Assembly: GCA_977030845.1 (NCBI GenBank)
Contig: OZ365116.1
Span: 21,700,001 to 21,764,000, forward strand
Reading direction: 5' to 3'
Length of the DNA: 64,000 nt
Source: Fimbriosthenelais zetlandica
Lineage: Eukaryota
Made by a program: the position numbers and the translations under genes. Within the stretch, counting starts at the first letter, position 1. Each line of letters opens with the position of its first letter. The notes beneath the pieces were generated by a model. It was not told where the DNA came from. It was given only the letters and a program-made list of their open reading frames with translations, and did no database searches. Positions 13,701 through 25,060 of this stretch are shown here, piece after piece.

Positions 13701-16700
13701 TCCCAATCTGTGGAAGAATGTCAGGGAGAGAAAGAATAGAGAGATGACTCCTGGCCACGAGGGGAGCTGTCTTGTGCTGAACAATTCATTGAGGTAATCA
13801 AACAACTGGTGTATGTTGGCATAAGGTGACTTTCCTCAAGCTAAATCTCATATATACACCTAACGTCCACATGTCATGACTGGTCTCCATTATACGAAAC
13901 ATCAGCGAAATTGCATCTTTCAACTTTATGTCTCTCTCAACTTCATTCGTAGAATTGTTATTCTTTCATAATAAGAATGTATAAATCCATTATTTGTTTT
14001 AGAAAGATTATTTAGGCCCCATGAAGCCTCGAGGCTTATGTTATCTATGCAGTCGTTCACAGCTGTATGAATAATTCCATAGCTAATTACAGACTACCAT
14101 CCGAGTGATATATTAAAAATATTAAGTTAAAAAATCGTCCCATTTTGGTAGTGGATATTAAAGGACACACACTTTTCCAGGGGCTACGAAATTACTAAAC
14201 TTAAAGTGGGATAAGACACCTGGAATGTAATAGAATAACACTCGCGGGTTTTTGTGTGCACAGACCTCCTTTCCTCCCTATACATTGACTTTCTTTATAA
14301 GGTAAATTTTCTCATATGCCACATCGTGAGAAGTGCCTCTAGCCTCGAGCCTTTGTCTTTGGGTGGTCTTGCCATGCGTGCCATGGACTCCCAACAACTG
14401 CTCCAAATTTATAAAGTTAAGCCCTTCTTGAAATTAGCAGTAATTGATTCTTAAAGTGCATCGCCTGGAGATGTTAGAAGATTGCTATAGTATGATTTAT
14501 GACAGTCTACTTGTAACATTCTTTAACCTTACCACCTTCACTAGACCCTCCTTCTATTTAGCTTATCTACACAGTAGATAATAATTTTGTCTCCTTTTGA
14601 ATATTTTCATTTCAATACCTACCTTAAGTGTAATTTGAGTAATGATTCTGCACATCAATTTATACACGTATGAATTTAGTGTATTGTATTCTCTCCTCTT
14701 TATAGATATTTTGGGGGAGAAATTTGACTTATTTCATGGAAAACAGTTCATAATTGTGAATATCCATGTAGGGAGGTTCAACACAGACAGGTGAAACATA
14801 CATATTATTTTAGGTCAGAGGTATTTGCTCCTAATCACTGCATTTCATAAGCTCCCTATCTCCACACGAAATCATATATGAACATCAAAACAAATGTTCA
14901 CATAGTGAACTAGATATTGGGTGGAATAACAAGGAAATAAGCTGTAAGAGACGAAGCTTTGTATTAGGAAGATAACAGTTAATAGGGACAGAGCAAATAT
15001 TTAAGCGTGTATTGTAAAGAGAGAAACATGACTATATGTGTAGTGGGTATGGATGGAGGAGGTGCTACCAACAGCCCCTCACCACCGCTTAACCCGCCAC
15101 ATTACCTCATTATAATTATGGAGATGGCAATCTGTGACAATCGTGGAGGCCTTGTCAAGATTAATATAAGATAGGTGCTTCATGGTCAACAGATTATTAC
15201 AGGAGGTGATGGCTTAAAATAGTGATAGTGGTGGGATGGGGAAGTGGTTCAGTTATATGGTATATGAAATAATATTATTATTTAGATATATATGGAGTAA
15301 AGAGCAGGAAAGGCATTCTTTGATCGTTAACAATTTTTCATTCAAAATTCCTATCCATATTATATGTCCTATTTCTTCAGGATATAATTATGTGAGAGAG
15401 GATCATAATAACACGTTATTACTTTAATATTTTAACAGCAATTTACCTTTTGCTGTGTAAAATCAGTTTACTCACATTTTATAAGATATTCAATGAAAAA
15501 TCTAATTTAAAGTCATTCCAGGTCTCGACCTTGGCAATCAAATGATGGGTGGCTTCCAAGATGTTTGAATTAAAAATGAATCATAAGATCAGGCATAGTT
15601 AATTAGCCGACCTATCGTGCATCTTGCCTCCGGGCATTTTAGTATAATTTAAAGCAGTGTGTTGATTAATTGATTTGCCTTTGCTAATGCAGGTGGCGCA
15701 GCAGTGTGGAGAGGTGCGCAATCAAAGCACCTGAGGAACATATATACACAAACCTGAGCTCTTAACACTGCTTCATTTAACCATTCAATCCTGCATTTTT
15801 CTGCATTTTTCTATTTGAGACAGTTTTTATTTAATATGAAAACTTTTAGTAAGATTATGGTAACTCAAATGCTTAGGAATATTGCTCTACATGTATATAG
15901 AACAATATATTTGCATAATAATTATGCAATTAATGTTAATGATATTAACTTTGATTTTCATTCAGTCAGGTGATCTCAAATTAGCTTCATGCAAAACTAT
16001 AAATGGAGAATAATGCCAGAAGTGTCTGCTCACACCTACATGGCCATTATGGTGTTTAGTCTTAACTGGGAGGCGCCTACATGGCATAACGTCTCACACT
16101 AATTCCCACATTAGCAAAGCACACAAATACCTGACTCCACTCCGCCAGAATATCAAAGACCTCCAAGCCCCCACCTCAACCACCATGCTGGTTAATTCAG
16201 TGTTCGCCAAAACTGAGGTCATCTTTAGTTACTATTTAAACTGACAAAGACTTTCTTTCTCTCATCTCAATACATGAACGTATGATCCTGCTTGTGATAA
16301 GAGCAAGAAGTTCAATGACTCTGGCAGACGTGAATACTGAAAGGTGGTACAAAAGGGCTGGAAATCCCCCTATGCACCTATGCACCCATCCTTCAAGGGA
16401 ATCCCTACATGTCTACATATGAATATTGTATGCATGCATTACATGCCCATTATTATACCTTGAAAAGCCTTTTGAGTTTTGCGTAGAAAAACATTGACGT
16501 ACATCGTGATTTTTGCATGGACCTTACCCCCAGGATTTCCTAAAATACCCAGATTGATACCCAACATGTTGCCTACCACACAACACAAATATCTCCACAC
16601 TCTGAGGTATTTGTATGATTTATATGTGTGGAAAATTGTTCATATAGGTCGGAAGAATAGCCCTAGGAGTTGTCCTTAGTTACCTTTCAAGCTCTCCCCC

Positions 16701-17101
16701 CATGCCCATACCACTACGGGGGACCATGAAAATATATTAGAGGCCAGGTCTGGGAAGTCAACCACTACTGTCACCGTTTTATGACTTTTAGCCCACTCGG
16801 GAGACTAATTGGAAGACCAATTCTAAATTATATCCAAGCATGTCATCACTATTATTAACCTCCACTTGCTTCCAGCACACACCCTCATTTACCCCGATCT
16901 TATCTCCCACATAAAATCATTGAGCGATTGAGAATATGATTATGAGGACAAGGCAGGTAAATCATATTTACCTTTTATCACTGTATCTTCCTCACACCCA
17001 GGCCTGTTCGCATCCCTCAGGGAAAAGTTGCTACTGTATGGGACTTACAGCTGTTGGTTGCCAGAACTCCCACTTGACCCCTAAATATTTTACTTAAAGG
17101 C

Positions 17102-17170
17102 CATCTCCATAGTCCCGATTTTGATCTCAATCTGACCAAAATTGGACTCAAAATCGGGAATGTGGAGATG
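17102..17170. repeat. Near-perfect inverted repeat (23-bp arms, 21/23 identical, 23-nt spacer); MITE remnant or pre-miRNA-like hairpin
   Basis: Left arm CATCTCCATAGTCCCGATTTTGA (17102-17124); right arm TCAAAATCGGGAATGTGGAGATG (17148-17170); TTAA-AGGC on the left flank. Confidence 0.75.
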
Positions 17171-18854
17171 CCCATAAGCTGGAGGGACCGTCTTTTGCCT
17201 TCCTTTCATAGGACCCCCAACAAACTCATTTGCTTATTCCAGGCTAAAAATTAAACTAAACATATGCCAGCTGAAATGAACTTAAATATATAGGGAAAGG
17301 GAGACCTCCAGATAGGTGTGCTGAGGCCAAAAGCCTTTTAGGAAGGAAGCTGTTTGTTTTGAGGATTATGCACCGACCAAATGCCCAAGTTTGATTGATA
17401 AAATCGATTAAATAAAAGCATGTCTTAACAGCTTCCGGTCGATTGTCAATTTGGTGAAAAGCAAATATGACGGCTACCAATAAAGCTGCGTCAAAGTGGG
17501 GACCTGTCCTTTAGACTTTGCCTCACTCCTGTACCAATCAGTAAGGGACAAGGCTAAAGGACATCCCTCCATAAGTGGCCTTCTCAACTCCTTCAATGCA
17601 CACTGATCTCTTCTTTTTTCTGCCAAGTCAAAGAAATGCCCCCAGCCAACCTTTAAGAAATGTTCAGTTCAGAGGTTTCTGAATTGGTTTTACACACACC
17701 ATATTGATTGACAGTGTATATTACATTAGTACACAACTAGAGCGAGGGCCAGTGGGAATCACGTACTTGAAGATCCATTCTTTAGTGCTTGAGCTGGCAA
17801 TTGTACACCTCCAGTCACTGACTGTTCCTCTGAGTGTTCCCACTTGAGATGATCTAAATTAAAAATAGCATTAGATTTACTGGAGTCTATTTCTCTCCCT
17901 CATACCTTAGTTCGTGTACATGAATGGTTGCCTTTTGACTTGCCAATGACTCGTACTATATTCCTCAACACAATATATATTATAAAAGAAGAGAATATAT
18001 TAAGCAATCACCATCTGTGTTATTAATGATGATGCATGAAAGATTACAGTAATGAGATAGAGCCTGAAAGACTGCTAAACCATATCACAGGTTTGATGGA
18101 TACATTGTTATCTATGACTATACATGTCATAGCAGGCGAGTTAGAGGAGTTAAACATATGGGACTGAAGCCTCATAGACAGACTGTTACAGAGTCTTGCG
18201 ACAAGCCCCGAGGCCCAGTAATAAAGCCGGACAAAAATAAGACATCCCGAGTAGGAGAGTGAGACAGATTTGAGTGACAGTTGGCCACAGAAGGGGCACA
18301 CACCTGCACCATCCTCAGACCCTCCTCAGTGACTGTCACATAGGCTTCATATCAGGGGCAAATGAGGGTGTATGGGGGGACCCAATGTCCTCCCACCTCC
18401 CTACAGCCAAAAACAATCCATGTTTGCCTCATAGTCCCTGATCTTCTATGATACATTCTAATATGGGTGTGAATTTCCATCTGATGTCTGATTTGTCAGA
18501 TATAAGCCTATACAAATACAATTAAAGGTATTAAGTTTAACTAGAGATAATTAACTACGTAGTTCATAGTCTCTGGTTTAACAGTACATTGTACAAAGCC
18601 TGACTATAGAGTGAGTACTGCTGATCAGTGAGTGTGGGAAGTCTGATATACAGCATTCAGCCATGCTTACCGTCATCTGACCTCGGTCATCACCCATCTA
18701 TTCTTCCTCCCCTCTCATTACATAACCTCTCACACTGTTTATGTCCAGGCACTATTTTTACCCTGCCCACCGGGGGTGTATGAATGGGACTGATCCAATG
18801 CACCCTCACTGTGCCTAAAAACGTCGCATAGAGCACCGTTCTCCACACCTCAAT

Positions 18855-19092
18855 TGACGTCACGTCACAAAGCTGAGCTTATCCACAGTTTTGACGTAAC
18901 TGGGGCACAATGGACATTGGCAGACCACAAATTAACTTGTATTGTCAGCCTGGTGGACATCCTTTTTGGCACCCCATCGCTCAGCAGACAGATCCCCTGG
19001 ATCAGATTCGACCTTGACGCCCACAGAGGTCATTGTCAGGTTGGGACTGACGCTGGCGTGATGTGACGTAGGGGGCGCTGGTGGTTACGTCA
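18855..19092. promoter_or_regulatory. CRE/ATF motif cluster with a CTCF-like core
   Basis: TGACGTCA at 18855, CGTCA at 18863, TGACGTAA at 18892, TGACGC at 19015 and 19048, TGACGTAGGGGGCGCTG at 19064-19080, TTACGTCA at 19085. Confidence 0.45.
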
Positions 19093-19205
19093 AAATCAGA
19101 ACTAATCAGCGCCCAGCATCATGGTGGTCGTGAGAAGATCCCTGGGTGGTCACCACTAGGCTTTTTACAGGCGAAAAGGAAGAGAAAGGCTGATAAAGTT
19201 AGTTA

Positions 19206-21621
19206 TTAAAGGGACACGCAGTGCTGAATGATTTGACGAAGCACTGACTGTAGGTGGTGGCTTCAGGAACCACAGTTTTGTATTTTGTGACAGCCTGGCA
19301 GGTTGATGTCAGCTTATTAAAAAGATACAATATAAAGAGATGACCTTTGTAAAGATATTTTATTTTGGCTTTTGATGAAGGAACATTACAAAATCAACTT
19401 CAAATTCAACTTCATACTGTATAACTCAAATATTGTGTATTTGAATATATAGCCACACTTGGTGATCAGTCCTGATGTCATTTTCAATGATATTCGTAGA
19501 TACATATTGACTGTATGAAACTAATATTTCCCATTCAATTTTCCTTGATATGTACTTTAGACATTCCTCTCGAATCGCCTCTAAGCTCGAGCCTTCTTTT
19601 TCCATCACATCTACCATATTTCCCTGATCCTTCTTTTGTACATAGCCTTCGTGAAATGTACACTGGTGAAAGAGACTGAGTAATCCAACCAAAAACGACC
19701 CGACGAGGAATCTATGACAAGGTCAAGCCCACCTTGACCGTGCAATCCAACATTCCCACCTGAAATTACAGTCAATCCCAAAATGATCCCAGAGAAATAA
19801 CACCAACGCGGGGTCTGCCCTGGGATCCCAAATTCACAGTTTGTTTATAATAGGGGGACTTGATCCCTCCCTTACTTTCCTCTCTGTTAGTTTGACTTCT
19901 CCTCACCCACCTCCTTTGCAGCCACAGTCTGTATATATAGCCCTGAGGTAGTATTGTTAGAAACCCCTAAATCCATTGTGCTGCCCATGGATCATCTAGC
20001 AATACCAGTATATATTTGGATCCTTACCTGGTGGCTTTTCCAGATTTGCCTGCGTCCCTTCGATCTTGATCCCTCTAGCTTGAGGACGTAAAGCCGGGTG
20101 AGGGAGAGACAGCAGTCAAAAAGTGGTGGTGAAACCTGATACGGCTCACCTTCTTCTTCTTCCTCCCACACGTGTGGCACTAGTCTGTATTGTATTCTAC
20201 CTCCAGGCTAAAAGGCAAACTTTATCTATTCACTGAAAGCCATTTTCCATTTCAATTAACTTGATTCATCACATAGTGCATTGATTCATGGATTTTTAGA
20301 CAGGGAAGGAACTCAATAAACTTGTTCAAAGAAAATAGAATTTGAAAGCTACACTATTCTAGAGATGTTCACCAAAGGCAATCTGCTTTAACCAGATAAT
20401 AGATCTATGATTCTTACTTCTTTACATATTCCAATGGATCACTTTGCTTTAATATATTGATTAAGTTGTCAGAATCAATCCCCATGAGAGATTGTTTGAC
20501 AGCTGTAGAGGATCAAAAGCAAAGCGGAGTATCTATGTTTATTAACCCTAGCTTTTCCAGATGAGTGCACTTCCAATCACTGCTGATAGACTTGGTGTTG
20601 ATTGAATGTGTGTAACCCGGAGGGTTAAATGCATACCTGTCTATTGAAGCACCTCGTCCAGCAGGCTGTCAGTGGCCACCCGATGCACCTCCCAACTCAT
20701 ATATTTAACACAACAAGTCTGCTATAACAACTGGGGTAGTTTGCCACCAGAGTGGACCTTTTCATTGCTTTCTATTCAAAGCCAAACCATTAACTTCCAC
20801 CCTTCCAGACAGGCAGTGGGTTATCGTCGGTCTGGACAAATTAGTGGCAAGGCATTCTAACCACCTTTTCTATTGAGAATGTCCATGACCCTATACTATA
20901 CACACTCTCACATACACAGTAGCTAGATCGACCCAACTCTCCTTTCATCCATGTTGACAATGTCCAAGCAAGTCTGGAGGATCAAGAAATGAAGTCGACA
21001 TGGAATGAAATACTTGACCTGTGCTGGCCATTGTTGAACAGTCTTCATTACAAGTCTGGTACAGCCATACAATAGAACCTGAAAGCTATGAGGTAAAGTC
21101 GATGTATGAAACTGACCGTTGGGTTCTTTTGATGTTGACCAATGTTCAAGGTCCTTGATCACTTTAGCAAGTGTTGGGTAATGTACTCAGTGGCTGGATA
21201 CGTGGTCGGTAATTGAAGAGTAAATACTTTACAAGTACCGCTTGTGTGCTGAGCCTTAGTATTCGCACATTCCTGTGCTCCATCGCAATAGTCATAGTCC
21301 CCTTTAGTTTATTCTTGGCCACGTTACTTCATTGCCTTCACAAACCCACCTCACCCCTGATCTCCTGGCTACCACTGCCCGACAGTAAGAAAGCGAGAAA
21401 CTCAAACCCTGAAGGCTTTTAAAATGACTCTTGACCGCCAAGCTTACAACCCTGTGGTCAGACCGCCTCTTTTAAAGGTCCAAAAGCAGAGGAGAACTTA
21501 GGTTGTTGGGTGTCCTTTTATTGTGAAGGGGGTGGGGGTGGGGGCTTTCTCTGTCTCAAGGAGAGCCTATGTTCAAACACATCCAAGCAAGATTAGATTT
21601 CTATCCTGAGTGCCCCTTTAA
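19206..21621. mobile_element. Possible degenerate TTAA-flanked (Kolobok-like) non-autonomous DNA element
   Basis: TTAA+AGGGACACGCAG (19206-19221) and CTGAGTGCCCCT+TTAA (21606-21621): 12-bp inverted termini, 10/12 match. No transposase recognised inside. Confidence 0.2.
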
Positions 21622-24600
21622 AAGATTTCTGCCCCACTGCTACAAGTAATCGACGTACAGACAAATATTTGACTCTTGAAAATGATTCACTGGAACTGAG
21701 CATGCGGCAGGAGATGACAGAGAATTGTTGATACTACTGTAAAACTAGAACAAAAATGTGAGCAGCTAAAATGTTCACTGAATGCTGTTCCACCCCAACA
21801 TAATGATATTCTGTCATTAGTACACGAGGAAATAGTTGACGATAAAGACTATTTCAAATCAAATTAGTTTTTCATATTTTAAATTGAATTGATTGAAATC
21901 ACGAAAATATCTGTTGACCAAAAATCCATCTAAGGAGTATTGGTTCCATATGGTAAAGGTGCTTCTTGGTCCTCTTTGGGCGTCTGCCCGATCACTCAGC
22001 TAAACAGTTGTCACACAATCACCTGTGAAAGAGAAACAATAATGGAGAGTGGAAGTCAGTGTGCTCAGGCCTGACACTTAGACCTTCAGCAAAAGACCAG
22101 AGTCAACCAGCCCAGTGGCGAGTGGAAAAGGATGGTCAACAGATGAGAGGGTGCGGGGTTTGCCCTCTACACCTATGTACACTGGGATGGTGAACTGTTT
22201 CAGCTGACCAGACAAACAGATCTTGATGTCAGGGGCAGGGCTGGCAGTTTCTTTACAGCTTCTCTTCACAAGTCACACCTGACACAAACATGAGCCTATA
22301 GAGAACAGGAAGCACATGGGTGTACCACAGAGTCATCTATATCAGGGGTCCGCGGGTTCTAGATTAATCACTTTCAGAATGGCCGAAAGCGAAATAAAGT
22401 CATTTCGCAGTGATCAGCATTTGGAATGGGAAGTCACTCTTTGTAAGTGAACTAATGACACTGTGGAATTGATGAAGATTCTGAAGAGATTGAGGGAGTG
22501 AGTCGGGGTGGTTCAGGGTAGGGCTGGTGTAAGGTGGGAGCTGGGAGCTTGATCTCTGAAACCTATCCTTGCCTTTGACAAACTTGCTGCCTTTTTCTCG
22601 GTGTCGGGTAGTGGAAAGGCAAACAGTCGTGGAAGGGCTGTGGTTTGGCAGGTGTTGTATTGGAAGATCTCGCGTTCTGTATATGTCTATATGGAGGATA
22701 TCTATATTCTGTAGGTGTCAGTGAACCGTGCTAGTGGGGCCAAGTAATCCATCAACCATATACCATACACAAACCTTCACACCTAGCCGCTAGGGCCAAG
22801 GGGGCAGGGCACAGAGCATAATATAGCTTCCGTTGGTCAATATCTTCTATGTTCTCTGTCCGGGAGCTTCTCCTTGTTTGTTTTATTGAAAGTGTTGTGA
22901 CATATGGCTCATTTTACGCGATATTTTATTCACTTTTTCTCTTGTATGGATGGGACAGCTTCTTACTGTTGTGGAAATATCTTATCCGTAATGCACGCCA
23001 ACAGTCTGAAACACCTTCTGGCCTTGAAAGGGGTCTTACTTTTTGGGCTTCTTGACTCGAAGAAAATTCTTTTGGTTCAAATCTTTCATCAAGCTGGTCT
23101 TAGTCGCCTGAATGTACAATATCTGATTGACAATTCCACGTGGCTTCAAAACTTGATGGCTTTCAATTCCTCCTTGTATGGCTTGAGCCTGACCTGTGAA
23201 TCAACTCTCAATGTTGAAAAACTTCACATTGATATACCAGATGTATATACATCTCCCAGCTTTCCTTTCCCACCATATTTTTGCATTTTTAAACCAGGGG
23301 ATATACCTCACAAGTGCCCTTAATCATACTCATTTACTGCTCCGATTGTCAGATCACGAAGTCCCTTTTTCTGGATTGTTTATTTCAATATGAACAGCAG
23401 CCCAAAAGTGCAGCTGCATGTATTCCTTCATTATACCAAAAGCCTTTGCCTCAGAGCTGCTGAAACGGGTGACGAGAGGGATGAAAAAAGTAGCAGGCGA
23501 ACATTGGCAGGATTGTGTGTGTTTGGCCTAGCTGCTCATTGAATTTTTGACAGGCAGGCATCCTGCAAGTCGTGCGGTGTTCATGATTGAAACTTTCTCC
23601 TCCTTTCCAATTCACAGACACTGGCGGGGCACAAAGCCGGAGGTAGTTAGGTGAGGGATTCTTCTTGTGACTGCGAGTCAGAGAAAACCAACAAGATCTC
23701 AACAGTTTTCTGTGCCTTCATTCACAGCTCTAAATGGAAGTCAGTGCATACGTAGGGGGTTCAATACCGCCTTATTCACTGCGCCTTAAGCTGGTGCAGG
23801 CGGCTATGTTTGTTGATAGGAAATTACTTTGGCAAGTTTTCTGTCAGATTTTTTCCCTAAAGACAGCAGGATGTAGCCATCTTAATCCAACCCAGTCTAC
23901 AGGCCCATGTATGATATCTAGGACTAAATCATGACAATTTGTGTCTTTAAATATCTTTATGATTTGATTCTCGTATGAGTATTTTCTACTTGATTGAAGG
24001 ATCCGCACCCATGAATTGATCTCTGAAGGGTGAATTTATCATGAAAAATTCATCAACAGATTTTGATGGTTCTATATTCACATGATATACACGTTTCTAA
24101 TCTAGACATTATAAAGGAGGAGATGCTGTAGAGGTTTATAATCCATACAGTGAGTTCTGTCTATACAGTTAGCTCACATGTGATTATTCCTGGCCTACTG
24201 GATTCACACCTGCAGGCTTGGTTCACTGGGAGGTGTTCAACCATGATGCTTCTTCCCTCTACCATCTATACCATCCCGACCTGAGTGACTTGTGATATTT
24301 GGGCCTAATCTCAGAGCACCAACTGTAAGAATGTTTTGTAAAGTTAAGAATTCCTTCATCAAACACAAATAAGCGGGCACAAAGGACACTGCCTTTTGGT
24401 GTTGACACGCTCAGGGGATGGCAGGCTTGGCATGGGGAGAAGTCATTGGGTGCGGAGAGGCTGTGGGTGGAGAGGATCCATGTTGACTTGTGCTCACTGA
24501 ATGAGGAGCGAAACAAACCTCCCACACACACATACACATCTTTAACACTCAGGCTAAATTAAAAGACATACACAGGCGAAAATGCACACATACTTGGACC

Positions 24601-25046
24601 TGGGAGAAAAGAGTCTTAAGAAATCATAATAGAATTCCAGAGAAGGGTCGTTGGGTATGAGTTTCTGATAACTAGGTACCTCACCATGAGTGGCCTTTTC
24701 ATATTTATATATATTAAGTTCATCTTTTGAAGTGCTCTGGCTCCATTTCTTGGTTCTTTATTTGAAAAGGAGGGGTTTAAGTCTCGTTGGTGGAAATATC
24801 TTTTTAGAAATGTTTCTAAAACATTTAATTTCTAAATATTTCTAAATTAGGCCTCATTCCTAGAATATTGTTACACATACATGTAATATAAGGCTCGGTT
24901 ACTACAACCTTTAACAAGGGGTAATTGATGCACTCAAAAGATATTGATTTGGTTATTTCCTAACAGAAAATTGAGATATCTATTCCTGTAATATATTAAG
25001 CATTTTAAAGAAAGGTTTGAATGGGAGCAGATGGTTTATTAAACGC

Positions 25047-25060
25047 CCAGTAGAGGGCAG
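25047..25060 (+). promoter_or_regulatory. CTCF consensus match
   Basis: CCAGTAGAGGGCAG fits CCASYAGRKGGCRS at 14/14. Confidence 0.4.

Noticed and set aside
14024-14037. 14-bp perfect palindrome AAGCCTCGAGGCTT
   Set aside because: A few 14-bp palindromes are expected in 64 kb.
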